Assembly: GCF_032062105.1 (NCBI RefSeq)
Contig: NW_026925976.1
Span: 806,001 to 870,000 of the forward strand
DNA: 64,000 nt
Source of the DNA: Saccostrea cucullata
Lineage: Eukaryota
Direction: 5' to 3'
Position numbers and translations under genes: made by a program. This document shows, in pieces, positions 25,958 through 39,244 of this stretch. Within the stretch, counting starts at the first letter, position 1. Every line of letters starts with the position of its first letter. The notes beneath the pieces were generated by a model. It was given only the letters and a program-made list of their open reading frames with translations, did no database searches and was not told where the DNA came from.

Positions 25958-26360
25958 TCTTCACTTGTTGCTTTGATTTCTTGTAATCTAAAAGCCTAAG
26001 AAATATAATTATTAAAGTGACTTTACGTTCAAAATATCTTGAAATATTCAAATTTGTTCAAGTTCTGCTAAAAATAACCCAATTAGTGATGCATACACTC
26101 CTAAATCACTTGTATCCACCTTCGAAATTTTGGGAGGGGGGGGGGGCTTTAAAATTTGTGTCAATAATTATTGCAGATTTTTTTTAAAGTTGATTGTTCA
26201 ATGTTTTCTATCTTTACTTTTTTATATTTTAAGAAAATATGCCCATTCATTTAGAATAAAAATTATCTATTCTAACAATCATTTTTGTGGAACGACCTTC
26301 CTAATGACGTAAAACAGGCCCAGTCCATGGACATATTTTGTGGAAGTATTTTGTTAACAC

Positions 26361-26542
26361 ATATGATTGGCCCCATGAGAAAAGGTCCGCGATAAAGGCT
26401 AGACGTGTCAAAACGTATAACACGTGTAAAAAAAAAAAATCTGCGACGACGCTCACCGTCTGCAACGTCACGTCTTTATGACGTTATTTCTCTGTTCTAG
26501 AAAAATTGCCATAAGGACCTTTTGTCGTGGTGGCAATCATAT
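26361..26542. mobile_element. MITE nested in a larger insertion (about 26275-27045)
   Basis: Imperfect 28-bp TIR ATATGATTGGCCCCATGAGAAAAGGTCC / GGACCTTTTGTCGTGGTGGCAATCATAT; the surrounding block is absent at the paralogous position near 36440. Confidence 0.65.
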
Positions 26543-27050
26543 AGAACAAAAGAAGTCTAGAATTCTAAGATCTTTCAAATGATATCACGAAAAAAGGGTT
26601 GGCCTCTAAAATAAGGGATCTAGAGGGACCAGAATTTTTTTCCTGATATCTTTTAAAGTATTGAGAATTTGTAAAACATTAAAGAAGCAAATTTGTTCAA
26701 AACGTCAAGCTAAATCTATTGGGGTCAACGGAATACGCCCGAGGACATCACTTTCGACCAAACCGGAAGTAGTCAAAAATGAATATTTTTCCAATTCTTG
26801 ACAGGTTTTAGGGTAACATATGTCACTGAAAACATAAAACTTTATTTTCCTTCCGTCGACGTTACTTTTGGTCAAATCGGAAGTAGCAAAAATGGCTTAC
26901 TTTTGCACTAATTAACATATATTTAGAGGATTAAAACATTTTTGGACGCTATTACTTTTTTATTCTTAAATGAAAATTACTTCCGGTCAAACAGGACGGA
27001 AGACCTACTCGTTGTTTTGCAACGAACTTTGCTGTAGTTATTATAATTAT

Positions 27051-27333
27051 TGCGTCGCCCGCGTAGCGTCTGCTCTATAGTCGCAAAGTAAGGAGTTGAT
27101 CCTTACGTCGCGGGTTCAAATCCAATTGTGGGAAGAAGAGACCGGCCCTTTGGCTGGGACCTTATAAACCGAGGTCCCGTGTCGCAGTAGGTGCTGGTAC
27201 AAAAAAGATCCCTCGCTGCTCAATGGCGCTGAGTGCCGAGTATAGGACAGAATTCTACACCGGCACGTGGATGCGTCTCCATAGGAGTGAACAATTCTCG
27301 AGAGGGACATTAAACAATATACAACCAACCGAC
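27051..27333 (+). mobile_element. tRNA-derived SINE
   Basis: B box GGTTCAAATCC, core CGAGGTCCCGTGTCGCAGTAGGT..AAAGATCCCTC, tail TAAACAATATACAACCAACC; homologous to the copies at 36449 and 63446. Confidence 0.8.
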
Positions 27334-28339
27334 TATCATTGCCTTTACGAGACGTGGGTTTTCCATTACTCTTAGACGTATTTTCTTCGCTTTTCTTTTT
27401 TGTAGGAAAGGGGGTATTGATAAAACACAATTTTGTTTAGATATATGATCATGGACCATATGCTTGAATGATGTAAAATGATATGCATGTTCAAAATCTA
27501 AGTACTCATTTTATTTCTTACACGGATGTATGTCAACGTTTGAATGTTAATGTTTGATAGATAGAGATGAATATAAGAACGGGTTCATTTAAAATGCTTA
27601 TTTGTTTAGCAGAGTTAGTGAAGTATAAAATTATAGCATCATCGCGTTTGAACAATAAGAAATCATTCTTTTTCAAATTTAATTTTTCCATAAAATATAA
27701 GTAAATTTTAAAGCCCATGATCAATAGGAAACTGCACTGAACATTTGAAATTTCAAACTTTATACTTAAAAAAAGAGAACACTTTTTACATATATTTAAT
27801 ATTGCTCATTAAACCCATTTCTTAGTGACAAAAAGATTATTTGATCCTCATTATAACCTTACAAGTCCTGAAGGAGAAGAGTATTACACTTACTAATCAC
27901 GAATCTAGACCACTAAATTTCGGATACATTTTTAATTCTCTTCAGAATTATAAATTGGGAAAAAATAAATTTTCAATGAAAATCATTACTAAGTTACTTC
28001 TTGAAACTTAAAGCAAACTTATCTGAAACATTCAGCCGTTAAAAGTAAATGCTTCAGTGTAGATAAAACTTACCTTCCGTCTTGCTTGTCTACTCTTTGG
28101 ACAAATGATGTTAAACGTTGCTTTAAGTACTACTGAACATTATTAGTACCAACTAGTTCCGGGATGAATAGATGATTTTGATATGGAATCCTTGAAATGA
28201 ATTTCTTTCGTAAATTAAAAAAAATGCTTTTGTAGACAGTCTACTCTTCTGAAAGTTTCTTCAAATTCAAATTATCGTAAGGTCGAACTTTATTTTTAAA
28301 TGAGATTGAAATGAAATTCGAGATAAAAAATCCAGTAAT

Positions 28340-30200
28340 CATATCAAAAAAGAAGTGGAACAAACACGGATCTCAAAAACAACAAAGGAGTGGAACAAAC
28401 ACGGACCTCAAAAACATCAGAGATTGGTTAAGAGACATGGAGGAGTGAGCATCTCCTGCAAAAGCGTATAAATCTGCCGTATGTTTCTTGTCATGATAGG
28501 GAAATAATCGGATAAAAATACGTGTACAACTCAGTGTGTAAATAATGGCAATCAATATGACAAACCGTATTTGCTGACAAGGTCATTGTATCGACCATAA
28601 AAGTTGAAATGAAGACTTTAAAAGAGACTGCTGATATTCTTCCTTCATCAGTTTGTTTGTCAATAATTTAATACATGCACCTTGTTTGTTAGAAATTTGT
28701 TCATACGTAGAACATGCTTTTTCCTTTTCGAATCAACTGAAAGTTACATGTATGTACTCTGATTTCAAGTGACAAAGATAAATTACTGCATACGTAAGGG
28801 AAACTGACGATTGAAAAGTTAAAGTCATCACGTTTATCATAAAGCTTTGTTGTTAGACAGCCATTAACGTCTTTTTCAAGTAGCAGATCCAAAACTGAAA
28901 CAGATGTGTCAGACTCTGTGGTATCTTTTATTTCAATTTCACCGGGATATATCATGTCGACATAGGAATGGAAATAACTATTGATAAATATCAAACATTT
29001 GTATATGAAATGTTCAACAGTAAATCACCAAAAATGGCAAATCCAATACAAAAAGACATTTGCAATATCCTAGTGCAAAAGATTTTAAGAACATCTACAT
29101 CCAGAAATTTATTTGTAGACAAACATCTCGTTTTCTTCAAAACATTTGTACATGAACGAGGTAGATCCATTCCAGGAATGTTAAAAAATATATTCAACGG
29201 CAATTTCAATTTTAAAAGAGAAAGACATATTTTCTGATGAAATGACCATATCGTTAGATGCATTGCTTGAGTCCTCATGTTTGGGACAGGGATCACAAAC
29301 TTTCATCTCTTTCATACACTTGCCTTCACCTGAATCCCCCATATTCCCATGATTTTTTTTTCAATTATTCTATGCTGCTGTTCATTGTTTGTTCAATTGT
29401 AGGATCAAAATGTAATAGATTTGCGGCATGTTCTTCTCGGTTATTAGCTCTTCCTCAATCTCAGCTTCATACAAGCAGATCGCCTCTGTTTTTTCCAAAG
29501 AATGGTTCGTATAGTGTCCCTTAAATCCTGATTGTTCACAAAGATTTGTGATAGCTTTTGTCAATACTTGATCACCAACTTCAGAATCTGCATATCTGGA
29601 GGTTTCTGTTTGTGCCTACCTTCCTCAGAGTATTTACCACTTTTTGGTCTGTATTTTCAATTAAGAAATATATGCAGCCATCAGATGAGGACATCTTTAC
29701 TCATTACGGGTTAGATGGAAGAAGTCAAAAATCAAGTGATATATTTCAATCTAAATTTACCTGACACTATCTATTCAGTTCAACAATATATATATTTTTC
29801 ACCCTTTTGTTTTCATCTCTCACTCTCCAGACAATCAGGTGCGATACATTACCATGAAAAAGAACCATCACCTGGGACAGTTTATAAAGTAAACAATAAA
29901 AAAAATGTTTTTAGTAGGATAAAGCCCCAAACCTGTTCTTTCTGTGAGAGAAAAAACTATTCTCGACCCTCAGGGCCTCAAATAGTGTTTTACTTTTATA
30001 GAAAGGACAGTTTACTTAATTGACAATCCGTCGTCTATATATGTTAATGTCGAGTTGAATGCCACAACAAGCATTTTCTTTTTTCACGTATAAAACAAAG
30101 TTGCACTAGTAGAACAAATTCTGCTTCATATGAATGAAAAAAAGGTCTGCTTATAAATTTAAAAAGAACAAAATAAAAAGAAAACGGCAGAAAAGGCAAA
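28340..30200 (-). mobile_element. Penelope-like retroelement remnant, split by a Crypton-like insertion
   Basis: Translation IYPGEIEIKDTTESDTSVSVLDLLL..LTTKLYDKRDDFNFSIVSFP..SN matches the C-terminal part of Penelope-type RT; uninterrupted paralog at 37730-38345. Confidence 0.7.
28985..30021 (-). mobile_element. Crypton-type (DUF3504-like) tyrosine recombinase element remnant
   Basis: Minus-strand fragments RCPHLMAAYIS and LCEQSGFKGHYTNHSLEKTEAICLYEAEIEEELITEK resemble the Crypton YR G..TNHSLR.T....LY.A...E..I region. The block is absent from the paralogous site near 38230 and begins AATTAAG followed by a foldback. Confidence 0.65.
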
Positions 30201-31525
30201 TGAAATTCCAGATGAGTGCTTGTTACTTGCAAGAATAAATAACCGAACAAAATTGAATTTAATTTGTCACATAGGCTGACATCTGCTCAAAAATTGAAAC
30301 ATACAAATGGGATTTGTACAGCAGCTTTCGTTGTTCCGGCATAGATTGATTTTTATTTGAGTACTTCAATATTGTTTTAATTTATAATTAAAAAAAATTG
30401 CGATTTTTGTGGACAGACTACCTTGTAGGGAGTTATTACAGATCTTAGCGATAAATAAATGATCATCACGAGGTCGAGATTTATTCTAAAATAATTATTA
30501 GCACTAAAATAAAGAGAAAATGCAATTCAAATTCCAGATGGATATATTTTATTTGCAAGAATGGATGATATGAGAAAAAAAATAAATTTCAACCTTAGTT
30601 TTTACCAGGATTGTTATATGCAGAGATTGTAAGTTTCAAAATTGATTTACACAAATGTATATAGGTTGTTTACACCTGTGCGGTAGTTGATATATGTAAA
30701 CTACAGTTAGATCATAGGAAAAATTTTCATTGTATCGAAAAGCTAGGAAACAAGTACATGCAGATTTCTCTTGTTGTAGAAGACATTAGCATTATAAATT
30801 CTGAGTTACATCCACTAAGATAGAAAAAGTTCTCTTTGTCACAGTTCATTTGTCCAGGTTGGTTGTTTCTTCGACTGATAAACAGCTAACATATCACTTC
30901 AAAATATATTCTTCATAGACTTTAAGAAAATTACATAATTTCGAGAAGTTTTTTTTTAATGTTATGAAAATTTAATAAACCATATGCGAATACAAAGCTA
31001 GGTGCATATACTGTAATTGCTTTCATGGTATTGTTATATATCACTTAATCTTAAAAGACAAAAACTTGTTTCATATTCGATTTTATTTTATTTACAAATT
31101 ATAGGTGGTAAGATATTATCCATTCAAAGAAGTATCCCGTCCTTGGGGTTGGACGAGGTCACTTAATCCTAGTGGAGAACATCATGTATGTTAAGGCAGC
31201 ACACAGATCAGAATGCGGCAAATTAACAGTCTTTTTGCTATATGTAACACTGATAAATCGGAAAAGTCATGGATAAAACTTGTGCTATCATTATGCATTC
31301 TATAGGCTTCAATGGGACTAATGCTACAGGAAGCACTACACCAGGAAGTCATCATGTGACGTCTATAAATAGAAAAAAGTTTGCCTTGATGAAAAAGTGA
31401 AAAGTTCAACACTACCCCGGGGATAATAACAGAGTCTGGCACTTTCCAAAAGCAATAGAATAAGAACGTTCGACATAAGGAAAAACTAAGTTTCAGAGTA
31501 TGCGGCGTAGTGTTGAACTTTTCCA

Positions 31526-32660
31526 TTTTTAGCTCACCAGGGGCCCGTTTTACAAAAGAACTTACGACTAAGACCAAAAACTTCAGATTATTGTAAAATT
31601 GATAATTCTCTTTGAAATTGTTTGTGTAAAAATATCTTACCATATTCCTTTTAAAAAGTTAAAAATAATGTTCGATATAATGTTAATTAAAAAGGTATAT
31701 GAAGAATCAAATTTGGTCGTAAGTCGTAAGTCCTTTTGTTAAACGGGCCCCTGAGCCGAAGGCTCCAGTGATTCAGCTCAAGTAAGCTTTCTGATCAAAA
31801 TTTGTCCATTGTCGGTCGTCGTCGTAGTAAACTTTTCACATTTTATTCTTCTTCTTAAGAGCCACTGGGCTAATTTCAACCAAATTTGCCACAAGGTATC
31901 TTTTGGTAAGGGGTATTGTAATATGTTCAAATGAATGACAAGACCCTCTTTCTAGGCGAGATAATTATGAATTCGGGAAAATTAATCTTTTAAAAATCTT
32001 CTTCTCAAAAGCCAAGGGGCAAAAAAAAACATCCTCAGGTAGCGTAGATTCACGTTGGTTCAAATCATGACCACTAGGGGAAAGGGTGGGGCCACAATAG
32101 GGTATCAAAGTTAAACATAGGAACACCTAGGAAAATCTTTTGAAAATCTTCTCAAGAATAGCCTGGGCAGTGGTGGAAGCATCCTCTAGTAGAGCAGATT
32201 CAAGTTTGTTCAAATCGTCACCCCCGGGGGTAGGGTGGGGCCAAAAAGGGATATCAAAGTTTATCATAGGAAAACACGTACATACGAAAAATCTTTGAAA
32301 ATATTCTTCTCAAGAACAGCAAAGCATTGATTGGTCATAGTTATATGAAGGCATGCTGTGGTAGTGTAGATTCACGTTTATTCAAATCTTGACCCCAAGG
32401 GGTAGAATGGGGCCACAATGGGTGATCAAGCTTTTATGTAGGAAAACATAGGTAAAATAATAAAAATCATTTTCAAGAACAACAAAGCCATTGTTTATCA
32501 TTAATATAAAAGCATAAAAAAGTATAGACTAAAGTTTATTCAAGTACCCCTTTCCCCACCCTGAATCCACTTTCACTAGAATATTCAAACTTTTCAATAC
32601 TGAACTGATTTTTGCTTAGCTAGTTGATCAGGTGAGCGATGTGGCCCCTAGGCCTCTTGG
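31526..32660 (+). mobile_element. HINE/CvA-like (Helentron-associated) element with internal satellite units of about 165 bp
   Basis: Starts TTTTTAGCTCAC..TGAGCCGAAGGCTC, has a (GTC)n tract and tandem internal units, ends CAGGTGAGCGATGTGGCCCCTAGGCCTCTTG. Confidence 0.75.
31541..31750. mobile_element. PIF/Harbinger-type MITE nested in the HINE 5' end
   Basis: 29-bp TIR GGGCCCGTTTTACAAAAGAACTTACGACT (2 mismatches), flanked by CAG/CTG (CWG); related degenerate copy at 63268-63392. Confidence 0.8.
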
Positions 32661-33399
32661 TTTGTTACGAACAACGAAGGTAAAGGCTGATCGGGGGTTA
32701 ATACACTGTATGCTTTTATTGTACGAAGAAATTGTAGAGTGATATTAGCATTCCTTACTCATTAGCCTTTTTCCAACATAAATCACAAATGATAATCATT
32801 CTAGACATGTTTTGATTCATTTCTATAACCTCAAAGCAATCTTTAAATATAGATTTTAAGAAATTATTATTATAATATATAACGTTCACGTCATATAACT
32901 TACTAGGACGTCATATTGTATAAGCAAGTTGAATATTTAGTTGTAGCCTTAACATACTATTCCTTTGTATATGAATCTTTCGATTGGAAAATTATTACAA
33001 ATCATTTCAGAGCCCTCTGCTCAGGACCAGGCGCCATTCTCTGATTTTCCGCCAATAAACCAGTCGTTGGCAACGCTATCTGTAAAAAACGAAAGTAAGA
33101 GATACAGACAAAAATCACAATGAAATGGATAGCTAACATATCTCATCATTCTTACCTTTTTTTATCTTTTAAGCAAACTTGAAGGACAGAGAGCGATTGA
33201 GAGAAAGTTACATGTATGTACTAAAGGATTTATTCGTCTTAGTGTACAAAATGTTCTTTGATTTGATATATAGATAATCAACCGGAGGGGGATCAACCGA
33301 GATTTGAAGAAGCTAACTATTTTTTGTAATGAAATATAAGGGAAAAAATGAACAGTGTTCAAGCTAAAAAGTTGATTGGACAATACACATTTAGGAGCA

Positions 33400-34130
33400 G
33401 AACAAACACACGGACATCTAAACATAAAAATTAAAGGTAGAATCCTGTGCAGTCTCCCCTTCACCGATCATACCCACCTTGTGTTCCTTGTCATGATCGG
33501 GAAATAACGGTCAAATCCGTCGAAAATTCGGTTTGTATATAATTGCCTAACAATTGTTATCAAAAAGTCAGCCAACATATGACTTATAAGAATGTATTTT
33601 CCGACAAGGTCATTGTATATATCTATCATCAAATTTACGAAATGACTTTAAACAAGACTGCTGATGTTCTTTTTTATCATCTTCCGTGTAAATATTTTAC
33701 CTCGTTTTAGAAATCGTTTAGACTTAGAGCATGCTCTAAGCATTGATATAAACCCTCTCATACAAGTTAGTGATGGAGGTTAGTTGCTGCATAATGAAGG
33801 GAAGTTGACGATTGGAGTAAAATATCTAAATATGAAATTAATGTGTCAGATTCTGCGGTATCTTTTATTTCAACCATACCTGGATATATCGTATCAACGT
33901 AAGAAAGAAAGTAACCATTGTTTATTGATAATTAGTCGGTGAGATATCTAAATGTCGAATTGTTGCCCAAACCAAGTGTCTTTTACGTACAAGATTTTGA
34001 AATAAAGAAATCTGTTTCATATGAATGCACAAACAGATCTGATCCGCAAATAACGGGGTCCAGCTGGTATCAATGGGAATTCCAATAGATTGTTGGAATT
34101 AAAACCTGTTCTCCAAAAACCACATACTAG
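33400..34130 (-). mobile_element. Penelope-like remnant
   Basis: Colinear similarity to 28340-28985 (ACAAACAC.GGAC, GACAAGGTCATTGTAT, GTGTCAGA.TCTG.GGTATCTTT). Confidence 0.55.
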
Positions 34131-35217
34131 TTATTTTCAATCGGAAAACAACGTTATTTATATCAAAGTGATTATCATTTCAGAAGAAAGAGACAAGTAG
34201 AAAAAAAAGTTATTTAGTTTTTATATTAAAAAAGATCATTTTAAATTTGCTAAAATATTGATAACTTTTGCATGTAGTATAAACGCACATCATGATTTTT
34301 GTTTTAGAATATTGGAGTAACGAGTCAATCTACAATCTTCACGTCAAAGAACAAATATGACATGGAAAGCAATTCTTCGGATAAGACTGTATAAATCAAA
34401 GTATCTTGCTGCAGTAGCTGAAAGAAAGAAAAACATTCTCTTACTCCTTTAAGGTCTTAAGTGCCGAGTATACGTCTGAAAATTGCAGCCGTCGACCGGC
34501 AAGTGGCTGTACTCAATATAAGTTAATAATTCCCGAAAGAAATTTAAACAACAAACAAACAAAAACCTACTAACCAATTTATGTGTGTACATGTACATCT
34601 ATGGTCATTTGCCTCTTCATTTACTGTAGATTTCATTTATACTGAGCTGTTTCGTTTTACATGATTTTTTGGAATTATAAAGTTCTTGATCATACACGTT
34701 ACACTCAGAGACAAATTCAGAATTTCGTTTACCAAAACATAAAACAAATTAATATTTTTTTTTACAATATTCAGGGGTTATTTTCTTGAATGAGTTGCCA
34801 ATTCGTATTAGGAATTCTCAATCCCTTGCAATATTTATAAAAGTAGTGTTGAAATTTTTTTTAATTATGAAGCGTACTGGTTCTACATGAAAATATGTTT
34901 TTCCTTTCCTTTCAATGAAATGTCAATATTAAATTTATTTTGTTGTAACATAGTGTTCATATTTTATTGCTTCATGTTTGTGATTATTGTCTTTGTTGAA
35001 TAAAACATTGTATATGTGTTATAAAGAAAGCTCCGAGGAAGACTCTGGCTTGCACTAATCGGATAACCTTCTATAAATAAAATAAATAAAGTATTATTAT
35101 TATTACATTCGTCTCATCCTTTGAAAATATTCTTGGAATTGCTAAAACTAAACGATATCTTCTTAAATATTTTATTGGCTCTTAGGAAGCAGCAAACTGT
35201 TTGAATAAACAATTCTA

Positions 35218-36140
35218 TTACAAGTTTTTCCAAGAACATGTGTACCCAGAGAAACCAGGTTTGCATCCTTGAAGACAAAAAGTAGTCACTTTATCACAAC
35301 TTCCGTTTCCCCCGCAGTTTGGGGGACATGTGTCATCACATGAGAACCCAGCATATCCTGGCTTACATCCATCATCACAAAATGAATTATACCTGTGTAA
35401 AACAAGAAATATCGATTGATCATAAACTGCTGGAGTAGACAAAACTAGATTTGAAAATTGTGTATTATATGATACTTTGAATGGTTGTGATGGCGATTCA
35501 TAAAAGATTTACACTTATCATTAGGATAAGAAATTTAATCCCAGATGCTACATACCTATTACACTTTCCTGATCCGGCACAGTTACGAGAGCAGTTCTTA
35601 TCACACTCCAAATCCCAGTACGTTGGCAAACAACCGCTAGAACAGTATCCAGTGTATTTGCCACAGGCGCCGTTACCTTCGCAGAAATCACTACACTTCT
35701 TGTCACAGTTCCATCCATAGAACCCCACGGGGCATGCTAATAACACAAATACATGTGATGGTATTGTGTGTTTAATTTTTTTAATTAAAGCTGCTAAAAA
35801 TTATCCCGTGTGTGCATAACGTATCTTTGGGTAAAGGACCATTGTTATTTCAATGAGAAAATCTATTCTACATAAGTCGTATGATTTACCGGTAAGCGTA
35901 CCTGCAAGTGGATTATGAATAAGATTTTTTGTTTTTATTATTTGCGTTTGACATACTGAGAATCTTCATCTCTTTCTATCTTAAAAATAAGTATGCAATG
36001 ATAAATTAATAAATAATACGTTTTCCTTCTATTGCAATTTTGGCTTAGTTTTACAATAACTATTAAATACAAAATTTCCTTGATAACCCACCTTCAGAAA
36101 CAAAAATGGCGGCAAGGAGCAGGAAAGATAGCAGTATCAT
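35218..36140 (-). CDS. small secreted EGF-repeat protein, copy 2 (152 aa, intact)
   Basis: Exons 36140-36092 (MILLSFLLLAAIFVSE), 35955-35902, 35736-35556, 35392-35218; all GT-AG and phase-consistent; about three Cys-rich C..NC.G.G.C..C..GC.PG..G..C repeats; probable 5' UTR exon donor near 37380. Confidence 0.88.
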
Positions 36141-36448
36141 TCTTCACTAGTTGCTTTAATTTCATATAATCTAGAAATTAAGAAAATTAAATTAAAGTAA
36201 TTTTACGTTCAAAATATCGTTAAATATTCACATTTGCTAAAGTTGTGCTAGGAGTAACCTAATTAGAGATGCCTACACCCATTAATCACTTATTTTCCAC
36301 CTCTGGAATTTCGGGGAAGGGGACTGTCAAATTTGTATCACTTGCAGAATTTTTAAGTCGATTGTTCAATGTTTCTTATCTTCACTTTTTTCATACTTTA
36401 AGAAAACATGCCCATTAATTTAGTATAAAACTTATCTAGCAATCAATG

Positions 36449-36727
36449 CGTCGCTCGCGTGGCGTAGTGGTTAAAGTTGAGTTGATCCTTAAATGACGGG
36501 TTCGAATCCCACTGTGGGACATGTAGACCGTTCCTTCGGATGAGACCGTATAAACTGAGGCTCCGTGTCGCAGTAGGTACTGGCACGACAAAGATTCCTC
36601 CCAGCTCAATGGCCCTCAGTGCCGAAAACAAAATTTGCAGCCTTCCAGTGTCAGTTGGTGGCGTCTCCATATGAGTGAAAATTTTCGAGAGGGACGTTAA
36701 ACAATATACAATCAAACAACCAACAAT
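36449..36727 (+). mobile_element. tRNA-derived SINE
   Basis: A box TGGCGTAGTGG, B box GGTTCGAATCCC, conserved core and (CAA) tail; flanked by CAATCA(A/T)TGC. Confidence 0.85.
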
Positions 36728-37729
36728 CATTGCCTTTACGAGATGCAGGTTTTCGATTAATTTTAGACCCCGACTTTCCGCTTTTCTAATTTGAAGGAGA
36801 GGGGGTATTAATAAAACACACTTTGTACAGATACAGTGTACATGATCATTAAACGTTTTAATTTTAAAATGTGATATATTGAGATCGATATAAGAACGGT
36901 TCATTGAAAATGCTTATTTGTTTCGCAGGGTTAGTAAAGTAAAGAATTATAGCATCAACGCGTTTTTTTTACATTTCATTTTTCCACAAAGTATAAGGAG
37001 ATTTTAAAGCCATTGATTAAAAGGAAATTGCACTGCACACTTAAAATTTCGAACTTTACACTTTTATTTTAAATAAGAAGACACAAATTTTTATGTTAAA
37101 TTAATATTGCTCTTAAATTCTTTTTAAGTGACTAAAAGAATACTTGATTCTCATAATAACCTTGTTGGTCCTGAAGGAGAAACTAGTATTACAGTTACTA
37201 AACACGTGTCTTGATCACTGAATTTGGAATACATTTTTTATTTTTCATTAGAATTTGAAATTGGGGAAAAAATAAAGTTTCAATGCAAATTATTATTAAA
37301 TTACTTCCTGAGATTCAAAGCAAACTTATGTAAAACATTCAGCCATTATAAGTAAATGCCTCAATGGGGATAAAAATTACCTTCCGTCTGGCTTGTTATT
37401 AACTTGTTGGACAAATAATGTTGCTTTAAGTACTACTGAACATTATTAGTTCCAACCTACTATAGTTAGAATTTGTCACGTAGGTTGACAATGATACATG
37501 AACATCTGCTCAAAAATTGAAGCATATAATGGGATTTGTATAACAGCTTTTCAAGAAAAAAAACCCATATTGTTCCGTCACAGTTTCTGATATGGAATCC
37601 TTCAATACTGTTTTTGATTCATAATTTGTTTTTTACAAAGTGCATTTGTAGATAGTCTACTCTTTAAGAAATTTCTTCAAATTCTTGTCGTAAAGAAATG
37701 ACCGCGAGGTCGAACTTTATTTTTAAATA

Positions 37730-38345
37730 AAATATATGGTGACAACGAACAGTATTCGAGCTCAAAAGTCCAGTAAACATTACAAAAAAGGAGCGGAGCA
37801 AACAAGGACCTCAAAAACATCACAGGTTGGTACCATGGAAGAGTGAGCATCTCCTGCCAAGCGGTCAAATCCGCCGCATGCTTCTCGTCATGATTGGAAA
37901 ATAATGGAAAAAAAATCCGTGGACAACACAATGTGTAAATACTCCAGTAATGGCCTAATAATCAATATTATTTATATTTGCTGAAAGGTCATTGCATCGA
38001 CCTTAGAACTTACGAAATGATGACTTAATTAAACGAAACTGTTAACAAAGGTATGTTACTGACTATCTAATGGAAGGTAACAATTGAAAAGTTAAAGTCA
38101 TCACGTTTATCATAAGGCTTTGCTATTAGATTACCATATGTCTTTTCCTAGCAGATGTGTCAGACTCTGTGGTACCTTTTATTTCAAGCTCACCGGAATA
38201 ATTCGTGTCAACATGAAAATGGAAATAACCTTGTTAATTGACAATCCGTCTTCAATATATCTAAATTTCGAGTTGAAAGCCACAACAAGCGTTTCTCTTG
38301 TTCACGTATACAATTTTAAACAAATTCTGTTTCATATTAATACGA
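37730..38345 (-). mobile_element. Penelope-like remnant (paralog of 28340-30200 without the Crypton insert)
   Basis: Shared TTGAAAAGTTAAAGTCATCACGTTTATCATA and AGATGTGTCAGACTCTGTGGTA blocks. Confidence 0.65.
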
Positions 38346-39244
38346 AAATAGAACTGCTGATAACTTTAAAAAAGGCCAAAAAAAAAAAGATTGAGAAAGC
38401 AAATCAGATTCCAGATTGGTGATTGTTACTTGCAAGAATGGATTATATAACAAAATTGAATTTAATTTGTCACAGGTTGATATCTGCTCAAATATTGAAA
38501 CATACATATGTGATCTGTATAACAGCTTGTGCTGTTCCGGCATAGATTGATTTTTATTTTGATTCCTTCAATGTTGTTTACAATTCATAATTTTAAAAGA
38601 TCCGATTTTTGTGGACAGACAACTTTGTAAGGAGTACTACAGATCTTAGCGGTAAAGAAATTTGAACACGAGGTCGATATTTATTCTTAAAATAATTATT
38701 AGCACTAAAATAAAGAGAAAATGCAATTCAAATTTCAGATGGATATATTTTATTTGCAAGAATGGATGATATGAGAAAAAAAAAATAAATTTCAACCTTA
38801 GTTTTTACCAGGATTGTTATATGCAGAGATTGTAAGTTTCAAAATTGATTTACACAAATGTATATAGGTTGTTTACACCTGTGCAGTAGTTGATATATGT
38901 AAATTACATTAATATCATAGGAAAAAAATTTCAAAAAGCAAATAAAGAAAACAAGTATGTCTTTTGCAGATTTTTCTTGTTGTAGAAGACCTTTGCATTA
39001 TAAACTCAGAGTTACATCACTATGAAAGAGAAAGTTCTCTTTGTCACAGGTCATTTGTCAAGGTTGCAATTGATTGGTTCTTCGACTGATAAACAGCTAA
39101 CATATCACTTCAATATATTCTTCAGAGACATTCAGAGAATCACATAGGTTTGAAAAAATTTTTTAGAATGTCATGAAAGTTTTATAAACCATATGCGAAT
39201 GAAATGCTTGGTGCATAAAATAGCTTTCATGATATTGTTATTTT

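Larger units (their letters stand above)
31110..33080 (-). pseudogene. C-type lectin exon-3 remnant split by insertions
   Basis: 31110-31161 and 32955-33080 align to exon 3 of the intact lectins (GTATCCC.TCCTTGGG..TGGACGAG; ATCATTTCAGAGCC.TCTGC.CAGGACCAGGCGCCATT); exons 1-2 not found. Confidence 0.75.

Noticed and set aside
31760-32560. Periodic repeats as a CRISPR-like array
   Set aside because: Units are homologous along their whole length (satellite), with no unique spacers and no cas genes; eukaryotic context.
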